The notes beneath the pieces are model-generated. The model had not been told where the DNA came from. It saw nothing but the letters and a program-made list of their open reading frames with translations, and did no database searches. The position numbers and the translations under genes are program-made. A stretch of DNA of 32,000 nt, from NCBI RefSeq assembly GCF_000009045.1, contig NC_000964.3, positions 2,880,001 through 2,912,000 of the forward strand. The letters run 5' to 3'. Source of the DNA: Bacillus subtilis subsp. subtilis str. 168 (GTDB lineage Bacteria > Bacillota > Bacilli > Bacillales > Bacillaceae). Below are positions 1 to 11,019 of this stretch, in pieces (positions within the stretch are counted from its first letter, which is position 1; every line of letters begins with the position of its first letter).

Positions 1-469
1 TCGCGTGTTTGTCCCATTTACCTTTCGGGATCTTATCCGCCTTTGTAGCGATAACAATAACAGGAATGCCGTAATACTTTAAAAATTCATACATCTGTAC
101 ATCATCATTAGATGGCGCATGCCGCAAATCAACGATCTGCACCACAGCTTTTAATTCCTCGCGTGTCGTGATATAGGTTTCAATCATTCTGCCCCATGCT
201 TCACGCTCAGACTTTGACACTTTGGCAAAACCGTAGCCCGGCACATCCACAAAATGCAGCTCATCATTGATAATGTAGAAATTAAGCGTTTGTGTTTTTC
301 CCGGCTTTGATGACGTTCTCGCAAGATTTTTGCGATTGATTAATGAATTGATAAAAGACGATTTTCCTACGTTCGATCTTCCGGCCAATGCGATTTCCGG
401 AAGCCCCCCTTCAGGGTACTGTTCCGGTTTTACTGCACTGATCACGATTTCTGACTTTGTGACTTTCAT
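1..469 (-). CDS. ysxC: Ribosome-biogenesis GTPase EngB/YsxC, C-terminal part missing (runs off window start)
   Basis: Minus-strand reading frame from ATG at 469: [44 protein letters not shown]..., with P-loop GRSNVGKSS and DVPGYG switch motif. Not in the ORF track because its 3' end is cut. Confidence 0.93.
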   Translation of the reverse strand, partial: MKVTKSEIVISAVKPEQYPEGGLPEIALAGRSNVGKSSFINSLINRKNLARTSSKPGKTQTLNFYIINDELHFVDVPGYGFAKVSKSEREAWGRMIETYITTREELKAVVQIVDLRHAPSNDDVQMYEFLKYYGIPVIVIATKADKIPKGKWDKHA

Positions 470-2790
470 TTCTTCTCTCCTACTAAGGCATGTTCCAAAA
501 CCTCGTCTAAGTGGGACGCCAATATAAATGTCAGCCCCTCCCTGACGCTTTCCGGAATATCCTCTATATCTTTTTCATTATCTTTAGGCGCAATAATGGT
601 CGTTAATCCCGCTCTATGTGCGCCAAGCGCTTTTTCCTTTAAGCCGCCGATCGGCAGCACGCGCCCGCGAAGCGTGATTTCCCCAGTCATGCCGACTTCA
701 CGCGAAACCGCCCGTCCCGTTAAAGCAGAAACAAGCGCTGTTGCCATCGTAATACCGGCTGACGGACCATCTTTTGGCACCGCACCCTCTGGTACATGTA
801 TATGAATATCATACTTCTCATGAAAGTCAGGTTCAATGCCAAGTTCTTCTGTTTTGGATCGCACATAGCTGAATGCAGCCTGAGCAGACTCTCTCATAAC
901 ATCTCCGAGCTTTCCTGTCAGGATTAATTTCCCTTTTCCCGGTGAAAGCGATACTTCAATCGAAAGCGTATCTCCGCCAACGGTTGTATACGCAAGCCCT
1001 GTCACTACACCAACTTGATCCTCTGTTTCAGCTTGTCCATATCTGAAAATGCGTTTTCCGATAAAATCTTGAAGGTTCTTCTCAGTAACCGTAATTCGTT
1101 TTCGCTCTTCAGCAACAATGGCTTTTGCAGCTTTACGGCAAATTGCGGCAAGCTGGCGTTCAAGGCTTCTTACACCCGCTTCTCTCGTATAGTAACGAAT
1201 AATATCAAGAATCGCCTGATCACGCAGCTGAAGATTGCTTTTCTTCAGCCCGTGTTCTTTGATTTGCTTTGGAAGCAAGTGATCCTTTACAATTTCAAGT
1301 TTTTCTATTTCTGTGTAGCCTGCGATATTAATAATTTCCATTCTGTCTCTGAGCGGGCCCGGGATTGTGGCCAAATTGTTCGCCGTTGCGATAAACAGCA
1401 CTTTGGATAAATCAAAGGTTTCTTCAATATAGTGATCACTGAAGCTGCTGTTTTGCTCTGGATCAAGCACTTCAAGCATAGCGGATGATGGGTCTCCTCT
1501 AAAATCAGATGACATTTTGTCAATTTCGTCTAATAAGAAGACCGGATTCAGCTTGCCCGCTTTTTTCATCCCTTGAATAATACGTCCAGGCATTGCTCCG
1601 ACATAGGTCCGTCTGTGTCCGCGTATCTCTGATTCATCCCGAACTCCTCCGAGTGAGATTCTGACGAATTTGCGTCCCAAGCTTTTTGCAATTGATTTGG
1701 CTAAAGACGTTTTTCCGACACCTGGAGGTCCTGCCAAACAGAGAATCGGGCCTTTCAGGGATTTTGTCAGCTTCTGGACAGCCAAATATTCTAAAATACG
1801 TTCTTTTACTTTTTCAAGCCCGTGGTGCTCTTCGTCCAAGAGACGTCCTGCTTCTTTCAAATCAAGCTTATCATCTGTTTCATCCGTCCACGGAAGAGCA
1901 ACCAGCCAGTCGATATAGTTGCGGATCACAGAGCTTTCCGCAGAACTTGACGGAATTTTTTCATATCTGTTCAATTCTTTAAGCGCTGTTTCTTTCACAT
2001 GATCAGGCATGCCTGCTTCTTCGATTTTTTCCGTCAGCGTCTGAACTTCGCCAGTTTTGCCTTCTTTATCGCCAAGCTCTTTTTGGATCGCCTTCATTTG
2101 TTCACGCAAGTAGTATTCCTTCTGCGTACGCTCCATCGAACGTTTGACGCGCTGGCCGATTTTTTTCTCAATCTCCAGCACTTCTTTTTCATTATTAATA
2201 AAATCAATGACCTTGTTCAGCCTGTCTTTGACATCAGCCGTTTCTAAAATATCCTGCTTATCCTTTAGTTTAAGGGGCAGATGAGAAGCAACGATGTCTG
2301 CCATTCTCCCCGGCTCTTCGATATCAGTAACCGCAGCGTACGTTTCGGCCGAGATTTTTTTAGAAATTTTTATGTACTGATCAAAGTGGTCTAGCAAAGT
2401 CCGCATCAATGCTTCGTCTTCTGTATCTTTTGAATCATCTTCATGAATAAGTTGAATGTCAACCGACGTGTAATCCTCGTGTTCATTGTATTTGACGATA
2501 TGGGCGCGCTTGAGGCCCTCCACCAACACACGAATCGTACCGTTCGGAAGCTTCAGCATTTGCTTAATTTTTGTATAGGTGCCGACAGTGAAAATCTCGT
2601 CTTCACCAGGTTCGTCTATCGAAATATCCTGCTGAGTGGCTAAAAATATCATATGATCATGCATCATTGCCTGTTCAAGAGCCTGAACCGACTTGTCACG
2701 TCCTACATCTAAATGCAAAACCATCGTCGGGTACACTAATAAACCTCTTAAAGGGAGGAGCGGGATGCTGCGTTTTAATTCTTCTGCCAT
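466..2790 (-). CDS. lonA: ATP-dependent protease LonA, 774 aa
   Basis: Walker [10 protein letters not shown], Lon catalytic PKDGPSAG motif, N-terminal Lon domain; RBS GGAGGTG upstream of the ATG. Confidence 0.97.
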   Translation of the reverse strand: MAEELKRSIPLLPLRGLLVYPTMVLHLDVGRDKSVQALEQAMMHDHMIFLATQQDISIDEPGEDEIFTVGTYTKIKQMLKLPNGTIRVLVEGLKRAHIVKYNEHEDYTSVDIQLIHEDDSKDTEDEALMRTLLDHFDQYIKISKKISAETYAAVTDIEEPGRMADIVASHLPLKLKDKQDILETADVKDRLNKVIDFINNEKEVLEIEKKIGQRVKRSMERTQKEYYLREQMKAIQKELGDKEGKTGEVQTLTEKIEEAGMPDHVKETALKELNRYEKIPSSSAESSVIRNYIDWLVALPWTDETDDKLDLKEAGRLLDEEHHGLEKVKERILEYLAVQKLTKSLKGPILCLAGPPGVGKTSLAKSIAKSLGRKFVRISLGGVRDESEIRGHRRTYVGAMPGRIIQGMKKAGKLNPVFLLDEIDKMSSDFRGDPSSAMLEVLDPEQNSSFSDHYIEETFDLSKVLFIATANNLATIPGPLRDRMEIINIAGYTEIEKLEIVKDHLLPKQIKEHGLKKSNLQLRDQAILDIIRYYTREAGVRSLERQLAAICRKAAKAIVAEERKRITVTEKNLQDFIGKRIFRYGQAETEDQVGVVTGLAYTTVGGDTLSIEVSLSPGKGKLILTGKLGDVMRESAQAAFSYVRSKTEELGIEPDFHEKYDIHIHVPEGAVPKDGPSAGITMATALVSALTGRAVSREVGMTGEITLRGRVLPIGGLKEKALGAHRAGLTTIIAPKDNEKDIEDIPESVREGLTFILASHLDEVLEHALVGEKK

Positions 2791-2943
2791 GTGACTGACA
2801 CCTCCGTGACTTTAGTATGAACCATTATAATACAACTTTTTCATCCTTGTACAATAAACGGCATGGTTCCATTTTCTATAAAACAGTCTCCTCGTAGTAT
2901 ACCCTTTCTTTCTGATATGAAAAAGGAAAAGATGTCCTTCATG

Positions 2944-2972
2944 AAAAAAACCCTATTATCAAAATAGGGTTT
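2944..2972 (-). terminator. Rho-independent terminator of lonB
   Basis: aaaccctatt/aatagggttt inverted repeat (2948-2957 / 2963-2972); T-run on minus strand (plus A-run 2944-2950); overlaps the lonB stop codon. Confidence 0.8.
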
Positions 2973-4629
2973 AAACGGATTCTTTATTGATTTCGATATG
3001 AAACGGTTTTTGTTCCGTTGGCGGATTCACCAAAATTTCATCAAGCACTTCTTGGAACGTCTTCACTGCAATAATCTCGATCCCGTCAATCTGCTTTAAG
3101 ATGGCCTGCTGATTTTCATATGGGATAATCACCTTTTTCGCACCGGACTGCTTGGCCGCTTTTATTTTCGGAATGACGCCTCCGATGGGTTTCACAAGAC
3201 CGTTCAGGCTGATTTCGCCCGTCATCGCAACGGTATTGTCAATAGGAATTTTGTGTATCGCCGAGAAAATCCCCGCCGCCATCGCAATGCCTGCTGACGG
3301 CCCATCAATCGGAATCCCTCCTGGGAAATTGATGTGAATATCATAATCAGAAGGCTTCATTCCCATTGTCCGGAGCACGGTTAATACATTTTCAACCGAA
3401 CCCTTCGCCATGCTTTTTCGCCTGATCGATTTTGATTGGCTGCCGATGCTTTCTTCTTCAGCTATTCCTGTGATGTTAATTGATCCTTTATCTTGAGCCG
3501 CGGTTACACTTACTTCGATTTCCAGAAGCGATCCGCTGTTAGGCCCATAGACTGCAAGCCCATTTACAATGCCAACCTGTGGTTCAACACCGATTTTTTG
3601 CTCGTGCTTTGGAGTAAGCTGACTGGAGTGAATGACCCATTCAATATCCTCAATCGTAATGTCCTTTCGATTCTCCGTTACAGCCATCCCCGCTGCGATT
3701 TGAATCATATTGACGGCTTCCCGCCCGTTCCGCGTGTAGCTGGTCAAAAGATCCAGTCCTTCTTCGGAGATATTTTTTTCAATTTTATCCGCTGCTGTTT
3801 TGGCAACCGTTTTCAGCTCGTCCTTTTCAAGCTCGCGGAAAAAAACCTCCAAACAGCGGGACCGGATAGCTGGCGGAATTTCGTTTGGCATTCTCGTGGT
3901 CGCGCCAATCAAGCGAAAATCAGCCGGCAGCCCATTTTGAAAAATATCATGAATATGATTCGGAATTTGTGTATTTTCCTCACTGTAATACGCACTGTCT
4001 AAAAAGACTTTTCTGTCCTCAAGCACCTTCAGCATTTTATTCATTTGAATAGGATGCAGCTCCCCTATTTCATCAATAAACAGCACACCGCCATGGGCAT
4101 GGGTGACAGCTCCCTGCTTCGGCTGCGGAATCCCAGCCTGTCCCATCGCTCCGGCCCCTTGGTATATCGGGTCATGGACAGAGCCGATGAGCGGATCGGC
4201 AATTCCTCTTTCATCAAAACGGGCTGTTGTCGCATCGAGTTCCACAAAGACAGCCTGCTCTTTAAACGGTGATTGTTTATGTTTTTTTGCTTCTTCCAAC
4301 ACAAGCCGCGCAGCAGCCGTTTTCCCAACTCCCGGTGGCCCATAGACAATCACATGCTGAGGATTTGGCCCGCATAAAGCCGCCTTTAATGCTTTAATGC
4401 CGTCTTCCTGTCCGACGATATCTTTAAAGCTTTTGGGGCGGACCTTCTCAGATAATGGCTCGGACAAGCTGATAGCGCGCATTTTCCGAAGCTGCTCCAT
4501 TTCCTTCTTTGATTCTTTATCTATCGTGACCTTTTGTGTCCTTTGATTTTTAAGCAAATTCCAAAAATACAAACCGATGATGATCCCAAAAAACAGCTGA
4601 ATAAATAACGCGATCCCTGTCCAACTCAT
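2971..4629 (-). CDS. lonB: LonB, Lon-like ATP-dependent protease, 552 aa (forespore Lon paralogue in B. subtilis)
   Basis: Hydrophobic N-terminus, [12 protein letters not shown] Walker A, GPSAG protease motif; adjacent to lonA. Confidence 0.95.
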   Translation of the reverse strand: MSWTGIALFIQLFFGIIIGLYFWNLLKNQRTQKVTIDKESKKEMEQLRKMRAISLSEPLSEKVRPKSFKDIVGQEDGIKALKAALCGPNPQHVIVYGPPGVGKTAAARLVLEEAKKHKQSPFKEQAVFVELDATTARFDERGIADPLIGSVHDPIYQGAGAMGQAGIPQPKQGAVTHAHGGVLFIDEIGELHPIQMNKMLKVLEDRKVFLDSAYYSEENTQIPNHIHDIFQNGLPADFRLIGATTRMPNEIPPAIRSRCLEVFFRELEKDELKTVAKTAADKIEKNISEEGLDLLTSYTRNGREAVNMIQIAAGMAVTENRKDITIEDIEWVIHSSQLTPKHEQKIGVEPQVGIVNGLAVYGPNSGSLLEIEVSVTAAQDKGSINITGIAEEESIGSQSKSIRRKSMAKGSVENVLTVLRTMGMKPSDYDIHINFPGGIPIDGPSAGIAMAAGIFSAIHKIPIDNTVAMTGEISLNGLVKPIGGVIPKIKAAKQSGAKKVIIPYENQQAILKQIDGIEIIAVKTFQEVLDEILVNPPTEQKPFHIEINKESV

Positions 4630-4682
4630 GGTGGTCCCTCCTGAAAAACAATTTATGTATCCAATTCATTCCTCTGATTGCT

Positions 4683-4711
4683 AGTATCTCCCATAGAAGA
4701 CGGGAATAAAC
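4683..4711 (-). promoter_or_regulatory. Candidate sigma-F promoter of lonB
   Basis: Minus strand GTTTA (4707-4711) - 15 nt - GGAGATACT (4683-4691); fits GYATA-like -35 and GGNNANNNT -10. Confidence 0.5.
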
Positions 4712-4734
4712 GTTTTTCCGGAAGAGTTGCATGC

Positions 4735-4770
4735 AAAAAAACCTCCTGAGTGTTACCACTCAGGAGGTTT
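4735..4770 (-). terminator. Terminator downstream of clpX
   Basis: cctcctgag (4742-4750) / ctcaggagg (4759-4767) stem, followed by a T-run on minus strand. Confidence 0.85.
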
Positions 4771-4780
4771 GTGCTTATCT

Positions 4781-6043
4781 TTATGCAGATGTTTTATCTT
4801 GGCTTACCTCAGTGCCGTCTTTTAATAAGAGGCGAGGAGGCTCTCCGTGTGTCACAGTTGCCCCGGTGATTACACATTTTTCAATGTCATCACGAGAAGG
4901 CAGCTCAAACATCACATCAAGCATGATGCCTTCAATGATAGAACGGAGTCCGCGTGCTCCAGTCTTGCGTTCAATTGCTTTTTTAGCAATTTCAGAAAGC
5001 GCTTCTTCTTCAAACTCAAGCTCAACGTTGTCAAGCTCAAGCATTTTCTTGAATTGCTTAACAAGAGCGTTTTTCGGTTTTGTTAAGATCGCAACCAATG
5101 CTTCTTCGTCAAGCTTTTCAAGGCTTGCAATAACCGGAAGACGTCCGATAAATTCAGGAATTAACCCGAAACGGAGCAAATCTTCTGGAAGCACTTTTGA
5201 AAGAAGATCTTCTTTCTCAAGATCAGCAGCTTTATTGTCGGCACCGAATCCAATCACTTTTTGGCCTAAACGGCGTTTGATGATTTGTTCGATACCATCG
5301 AAAGCTCCGCCGCAAATGAACAAAATATTTGTTGTGTCAATTTGAATGAATTCTTGATGAGGATGCTTACGTCCACCTTGAGGCGGTACGCTTGCCACTG
5401 TACCCTCAAGAATTTTAAGCAATGCCTGCTGTACACCCTCACCTGACACATCACGTGTGATAGACGGGTTTTCAGATTTTCTAGCCACTTTATCGATTTC
5501 ATCAATATAGATAATGCCTTTTTCGGCTTTTTCCACATCATAATCAGCAGCTTGGATGAGCTTCAAGAGAATATTCTCTACATCTTCACCCACGTATCCA
5601 GCTTCAGTCAAAGATGTAGCGTCCGCAATCGCAAACGGCACATTTAAAATGCGAGCCAATGTTTGCGCCAGAAGGGTTTTACCGCTTCCCGTAGGGCCGA
5701 TTAATGAAATATTACTTTTTGAAAGCTCAACATCATCAACTTTGCTGTTGGAGTTAATGCGCTTATAGTGGTTATACACAGCAACAGCAAGTGATTTCTT
5801 CGCTTGATCTTGGCCGATGACATATTCATTCAAAATTTCGCGAATTTCCTGAGGCTTTGGTACGTCTTTAAATTCTACTTCTTCTTCTGTTCCGAGTTCT
5901 TCCTCTACAATTTCAGTGCAGAGTTCGATACATTCGTCACATATATATACACCAGGTCCAGCTACAAGCTTACGAACCTGATCTTGTGTTTTTCCACAGA
6001 ACGAGCATTTTAATTGTCCTTTTTCCTCGTTAAATTTAAACAT
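4781..6043 (-). CDS. clpX: ATP-dependent Clp protease ATP-binding subunit ClpX, 420 aa
   Basis: Start taken as ATG at 6043 ([23 protein letters not shown]...); N-terminal Zn finger, GPTGSGKT Walker A. The longer ORF-track start at 6148 adds non-homologous residues. Confidence 0.97.
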
Positions 6044-6256
6044 TCTTTCACCCCTTAATCTTGTCTCACTTTTTCTTTTACCGGCAGAGCAAAAGAAAAT
6101 GATTCTTGAAACGAACGAGTATGTATTGCATTTTACCATACTTTCCAAAAAGACGGTAACAATGTGTTTCTGACTTGCACATTCTATATGTATGACAAAA
6201 AACAGCCCTGCATTAACTATATTGCCCCAAGAAAAAGAGATAACTCATAATTGTAC

Positions 6257-6290
6257 AAAACAAGGCACGAATGATTCGCGCCCTGTTTTA
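6257..6290 (-). terminator. Terminator downstream of tig
   Basis: aaaacaaggcacgaat/attcgcgccctgtttt inverted repeat with mismatches, poly-T on minus. Confidence 0.7.
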
Positions 6291-6314
6291 TTAGTACTAT
6301 TATTATGCACCATA

Positions 6315-7589
6315 TTAACGGTTTTCTACAAGAAAATCAATTGCTTTGCGAACTTTTAAATCTTCTTTCATCGCGTCAGTAGAACCGATGGCTTGTTTAA
6401 TATTTTCAACAGGCATGTTGTATGCTTCAGCCATTTTTGTAAGCTCAGCATCAACTTCCTCATCTGATACTTCAAGGTTTTCCGCTTTCGCAATCGCCTC
6501 AAGAGTCAGGTTAGATTTTACGCGTTTTTCAGCATCTTCTTTCATTTGCTCTTTAAGCGCAGCTTCATCTTGGCCTGAGAATTGAGTGTAAAGCTCAAGG
6601 TTCATGCCTTGCATTTGCAGACGCTGTTCGAATTCTTTCAGCATGCGGTCAAGCTCAGTGTCGACCATTGCTTGAGGCACATCGATTTCAGCATTTTCAG
6701 AAGCTTTCAGAACAAGCTCTTCACGCAATTTAGCGTCAGCTTCGTTTTCTTTTGCTTCTTCTAAACGTTTCTTTGTTTTTTCAGTTAATTCAGCAAGTGT
6801 TTCCACTTCTTCATCGATATCTTTTGCGAATTCATCGTCAAGCTCAGGAAGCTCTTTCGCTTTGATTTCGTGAATTTTCACTTTAAACACAGCTGGTTTG
6901 CCTGCAAGATCTTCAGCGTGGTACTCCTCAGGGAATGTCACTTCAACATCCTTCTCAGCACCTGCTTCAAGGCCAACTAATTGATCTTCGAAGCCAGGGA
7001 TGAATGAACCAGAACCTACTTCTAGAGAGTAGTTTTCAGCTTTTCCGCCTTCGAAAGCTTCGCCGTCAACGAATCCTTCGAAATCAAGAACAACTGTGTT
7101 TCCTTCTTCAACGGCGCCTTCTTCTTTTACAACAAGCTCAGCTTGACGCTCTTGAAGGGCTTTTAGTTCGTTTTGAACATCTTCGTCAGTTACAGTTGTG
7201 TCGTCTTTTTCAATGCCCAGGCCTTTGTATTCGCCAAGCTTCACTTCAGGTTTTACTGTTACTTTCGCAGTGAAGATTAAGCTTTCGCCTTTTTCGATTT
7301 TTTCAACATCGATTTCAGGACGGTCTACAGGCTCGATTCCAGCTTCTTCAACCGCTTTAGGGTATTCTACAGGAAGAAGAATATCCAAAGCATCTTGGTA
7401 AAGAGCTTCTACGCCAAAGCGCTGTTCGAATAATCCGCGAGGAATTTTACCTTTACGGAATCCAGGAATTGAAACTTGTTTTACTACTTTTTTAAATGCA
7501 TCATCAAGTGCTGTTTTAAACGTTTCAGCATCAACTTCAACCGTTAAAACGCCTTCGTTGCCTTCTTGTTTTTCCCATTTTACAGACAT
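6315..7589 (-). CDS. tig: Trigger factor, peptidyl-prolyl isomerase, 424 aa
   Basis: N-terminal ribosome-binding GFRKGKIPR motif and FKBP-type domain. Confidence 0.97.
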   Translation of the reverse strand: MSVKWEKQEGNEGVLTVEVDAETFKTALDDAFKKVVKQVSIPGFRKGKIPRGLFEQRFGVEALYQDALDILLPVEYPKAVEEAGIEPVDRPEIDVEKIEKGESLIFTAKVTVKPEVKLGEYKGLGIEKDDTTVTDEDVQNELKALQERQAELVVKEEGAVEEGNTVVLDFEGFVDGEAFEGGKAENYSLEVGSGSFIPGFEDQLVGLEAGAEKDVEVTFPEEYHAEDLAGKPAVFKVKIHEIKAKELPELDDEFAKDIDEEVETLAELTEKTKKRLEEAKENEADAKLREELVLKASENAEIDVPQAMVDTELDRMLKEFEQRLQMQGMNLELYTQFSGQDEAALKEQMKEDAEKRVKSNLTLEAIAKAENLEVSDEEVDAELTKMAEAYNMPVENIKQAIGSTDAMKEDLKVRKAIDFLVENR

Positions 7590-7774
7590 GTGTTTCCCTC
7601 CAAAAATCTATTCAGGTTGTGTCGGTCTTCCATTCTAAAGCAATCATTCGGCTTCGTCCAACAAAAACAAAGCTGCCAAAGATCAGAATCATTATGTATA
7701 GATGTTAATAATGAACTGCAAAGCCTGTCCAACCGTATTTCTTATAACCCGTTATACACAAATACAACCACTAT

Positions 7775-7802
7775 ATTATAACATAACACATAGCGCTTTC
7801 AA
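7775..7802 (-). promoter_or_regulatory. Candidate sigma-A promoter of tig
   Basis: Minus strand TTGAAA (7797-7802) - 16 nt - TATAAT (7775-7780). Confidence 0.65.
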
Positions 7803-7816
7803 CTATATGGCGCGAT

Positions 7817-8821
7817 TTACAAATAAGAAATTTCTTCAATATCTTTTAACATTGTGCAAGCTTCATCGAGTTCTCTGTCTGTAAATTCATACATCATATG
7901 AAGTTCTTCGCTTTCAATTTCAATCCCGTGCATCTCGTAACCGACTTTATGAAGGGCAGCCGCCCAAAGGTCAGCCGACAGCAATTTCGGCTGGAACGGA
8001 TATAAAACGTACAAATGTCTTCTCCACAATTCTTCTACTGCTGCATATAAGGTTGGATTTTCATTTCCAAGTGTCTCATCTAGCACCCTGAGAACACGGT
8101 GAAGAATCGGCGCGGCATCAGGCGGAACAATCTCTGACGGTTCAATTGTCAACGACTCGCCAAATTTACTAATGTGTACAGGTTTACTGTACTCATGCTC
8201 AGCCAACAGCATGACAATCATCGTTTTGATAATCGGATGGGCTGAGGGGTCTTGGAGGATTGTTTTGAGCAATCCTGTATACTTTGCTACGTTACGGTCT
8301 TTTAAGGAATGAATGAGATTCATTTGCTCCTCAGGGCTTGCCAGCACTTTCTCGGTGTCAATTGTATCCTCATATTCTTCGGCCCAAGCCTCGTCCTCAC
8401 GATCCGGATCGGTCATTTTCCGGCTGAAATCCAGCAGCTTATAAAATTGCTCGGCACTTTCTGCCGGCAGCTGATTTTCTTCCAAAACGGCTTCAATGGT
8501 GCTTTTGACTTCTTCGTACTTTTTGAGCTGAATTAAGATGGTCATGTACACCTGCAAAACCGTAAAATAATGGCCATAACCTTCTTTGAGCATCTTCTCG
8601 CACACGCTTTCTGCCTCTTCCAGCTCGCCCAGCTCTAAAAAGCAGATGGCCATCCCTAAGTGAAGATCGGATTCAGTATCATCATATTTCATCGCTTCTG
8701 AAAACAGTTCAAGCGCTTCTTGATACTTTTTTTCCTTGAGTGATGACATCCCTTTTTCCACAAGGCGGTCTTTCAGATGAGGAAAAGGAATAATTTTTGC
8801 GTTTTTCTTGTCATGCGTCAT
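7817..8821 (-). CDS. ysoA: TPR-repeat protein YsoA-like, function unknown
   Basis: TPR-like helices (ALELFSEAMKYDDTESDLHLGMAICFLELGELEEAESVCEKML); ATG at 8821 preceded by GAAAGGAATATAGGT. Confidence 0.85.
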   Translation of the reverse strand: MTHDKKNAKIIPFPHLKDRLVEKGMSSLKEKKYQEALELFSEAMKYDDTESDLHLGMAICFLELGELEEAESVCEKMLKEGYGHYFTVLQVYMTILIQLKKYEEVKSTIEAVLEENQLPAESAEQFYKLLDFSRKMTDPDREDEAWAEEYEDTIDTEKVLASPEEQMNLIHSLKDRNVAKYTGLLKTILQDPSAHPIIKTMIVMLLAEHEYSKPVHISKFGESLTIEPSEIVPPDAAPILHRVLRVLDETLGNENPTLYAAVEELWRRHLYVLYPFQPKLLSADLWAAALHKVGYEMHGIEIESEELHMMYEFTDRELDEACTMLKDIEEISYL

Positions 8822-8905
8822 ACCTATATTCCTTTCAGGCATTTATTTTGTTCAAGTGTATCAACACCTGTGAACAAAAACAAGAAATGAAAGGTTTCAC
8901 CAGGC

Positions 8906-8940
8906 AAAAAAAGCCGCCGGACAAATACCGGCCGCTTTTT
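8906..8940 (-). terminator. Terminator at the end of the ilv-leu operon, after leuD
   Basis: aaaaagccgccgg...ccggccgcttttt near-perfect stem. Confidence 0.8.
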
Positions 8941-9539
8941 CAGGCTTGAAGCCAAGAGCTTCTTTGTGATTCAAATTGCTTGATTTCATCTTCCAGCAGC
9001 AGCGTTAATGAAATTTCATCATATCCGTTGATCAGCATCTCTTTCCAATGCGGATCAACTTCAAATGAAATTTGATTGCCTTCACTGTCATGAATCAGCT
9101 GATTTTCAAGGTCAACAGTCATTTGCAATGACTGGTTTTCATACTGGCCGACAAGCTGTTTCCAATTGTCATATGGCATGCGGATCGGAAGCATGCCGTT
9201 TTTAAAGCAGTTCTGATGGAAAATATCAGCGAATGACGGCGCAATGATAATTTTAAACCCATAATCATCAAGTGCCCACGGAGCGTGTTCACGCGATGAC
9301 CCGCAGCCGAAGTTTTCTCCTGCTATTAAAATGGAAGCTCCTTGATAAACAGGCTGGTTTAATTCAAATTCAGGGTTCGGTTCACCATTCGCATCATATC
9401 TCCAGTCAAAGAATGCAAAACGTCCGTAGCCTGTTCTTTCAATCCTCTTCAAAAATTGCTTAGGAATAATCTGGTCTGTATCCACATTGATCCGATTTAA
9501 TACGGCTGCTTTCCCCGTATGTGATTTCAAAGGTTCCAT
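8940..9539 (-). CDS. leuD: 3-isopropylmalate dehydratase small subunit, 199 aa
   Basis: MEPLKSHTGKAAVLNRINVDTDQIIPKQF..., GENFGCGSSREHAPWAL motif. Confidence 0.97.
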   Translation of the reverse strand: MEPLKSHTGKAAVLNRINVDTDQIIPKQFLKRIERTGYGRFAFFDWRYDANGEPNPEFELNQPVYQGASILIAGENFGCGSSREHAPWALDDYGFKIIIAPSFADIFHQNCFKNGMLPIRMPYDNWKQLVGQYENQSLQMTVDLENQLIHDSEGNQISFEVDPHWKEMLINGYDEISLTLLLEDEIKQFESQRSSWLQA

Positions 9540-9551
9540 CTCGCGCACTCC

Positions 9552-10970
9552 TTACACAACTGTTTTTTCCTGATAAAACTTTCTGACATCAACGAAGTGT
9601 CCGTGAATGGCAGCCATCGCAGCCATTGCCGGGCTGACGAGATGTGTTCTTGCACCTTTTCCTTGTCTGCCCTCGAAGTTGCGGTTAGAGGTTGATGCAC
9701 AGCGCTCTCCCTCAGGAACAACATCATTATTCATACTCAAACACATGCTGCAGCCTGACTCTCTCCATTCAAATCCAGCTTCCAAGAAAATCTGGTCAAG
9801 CCCTTCTTTTTCAGCCTGAAGCTTCACGCTTTGGGATCCGGGCACGACGATGGCCCTTACGCTGTCAGCTACCTTCTTCCCTTTGATCATGTCAGCAGCC
9901 TGTCGAAGGTCAGTCATGCGGGAATTTGTGCAGGAACCGATAAATACGTGCTCCACTTTAATGTCTTCAATTTTTTGGTGAGGAGTCAATCCCATATATT
10001 CATAAGCACGAATCGCTTCTTTTTTATCGTCTTCTGCAGAAAAGCTTTCCGGCGCAGGAACTTCAGAATCGACAGGAAGAACCATTCCCGGGTTAATGCC
10101 CCATGTCACCATAGGGGAAATTTTGTTGCCGTCAAGGACGATAGATTTATCGTAAACAGCGCCCGGGTCTGTGCGCAGCGCCTTCCATTCCTCTACGGCC
10201 TTGTCAAATTCTTCGCCTTTTGGCGTGTACTTGCGATTTTTGCAATATTCAAACGTCACCTCGTCAGGTGCAATCAAACCTGCTCTTGCTCCTGCTTCAA
10301 TTGACATGTTACAAACAGTCATTCGTTCATCCATCGTCATATTTCTGAATACTTCCCCAGTGTATTCAATGACGTAGCCTGTGCCGAATTTCACACCGTA
10401 TTTGCCGATGACAGCAAGGATGACATCCTTTGCCGTTACCCCTTTTTGAAGCGTTCCATCTACGCGCACTTCAAGTGTTTTTGGACGCTGCTGCCAAAGT
10501 GTCTGTGTGGAAAGGACATGTTCAACTTCACTCGTCCCGATTCCAAATGCAAGAGCGCCGAAAGCGCCATGTGTTGATGTATGACTGTCACCGCACACAA
10601 TCGTTTTCCCTGGAAGCGTTAAGCCTAGTTCAGGTCCGACGACATGGACAATCCCTTGATCCACACTGTGAAGATCGGCAAGGCGCACGCCAAATTCCTC
10701 ACAGTTTCTTTCAAGCGCCGTTACCTGGCGTTTCGCAACTTCATCCTTTATCTCAAAACGATTGACAGTCGGGATGTTGTGGTCCATTGTCGCAAATGTG
10801 TTTTGGGGTCTTCTGACCTTTCTTCCCTTTTGTCTCAAGCCTTCAAATGCCTGAGGAGACGTCACCTCATGAATGAGGTGCAAATCAATATAGAGAAGAT
10901 CCGGCTTTCCCTCACCATGTTTTACAATATGCTGATCCCAAATCTTTTCGATGATTGTTCGAGGCATCAT
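9552..10970 (-). CDS. leuC: 3-isopropylmalate dehydratase large subunit, 472 aa
   Basis: Aconitase-family motifs ([30 protein letters not shown]; [11 protein letters not shown]; [10 protein letters not shown]). Confidence 0.97.
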   Translation of the reverse strand: MMPRTIIEKIWDQHIVKHGEGKPDLLYIDLHLIHEVTSPQAFEGLRQKGRKVRRPQNTFATMDHNIPTVNRFEIKDEVAKRQVTALERNCEEFGVRLADLHSVDQGIVHVVGPELGLTLPGKTIVCGDSHTSTHGAFGALAFGIGTSEVEHVLSTQTLWQQRPKTLEVRVDGTLQKGVTAKDVILAVIGKYGVKFGTGYVIEYTGEVFRNMTMDERMTVCNMSIEAGARAGLIAPDEVTFEYCKNRKYTPKGEEFDKAVEEWKALRTDPGAVYDKSIVLDGNKISPMVTWGINPGMVLPVDSEVPAPESFSAEDDKKEAIRAYEYMGLTPHQKIEDIKVEHVFIGSCTNSRMTDLRQAADMIKGKKVADSVRAIVVPGSQSVKLQAEKEGLDQIFLEAGFEWRESGCSMCLSMNNDVVPEGERCASTSNRNFEGRQGKGARTHLVSPAMAAMAAIHGHFVDVRKFYQEKTVV

Positions 10971-11019
10971 CTTTTATTTCCTCCCTCTACCTAGAGCTAA
11001 GACCGCTTAACGTAAGCTG

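Noticed and set aside
596-3337. Plus-strand ORFs of 60-131 aa opposite lonA and the 3' part of lonB (for example 1015..1410)
   Set aside because: Antisense shadows of strong minus-strand coding genes, with no RBS or recognisable domains.
6044-6148. 35-residue extension of clpX
   Set aside because: ClpX starts at [11 protein letters not shown] with RBS; the extension is upstream leader sequence.
9831-10304. 157-aa plus-strand ORF antisense to leuC
   Set aside because: Fully overlaps conserved leuC; low-complexity Phe/Arg-rich translation and no homology recognised.
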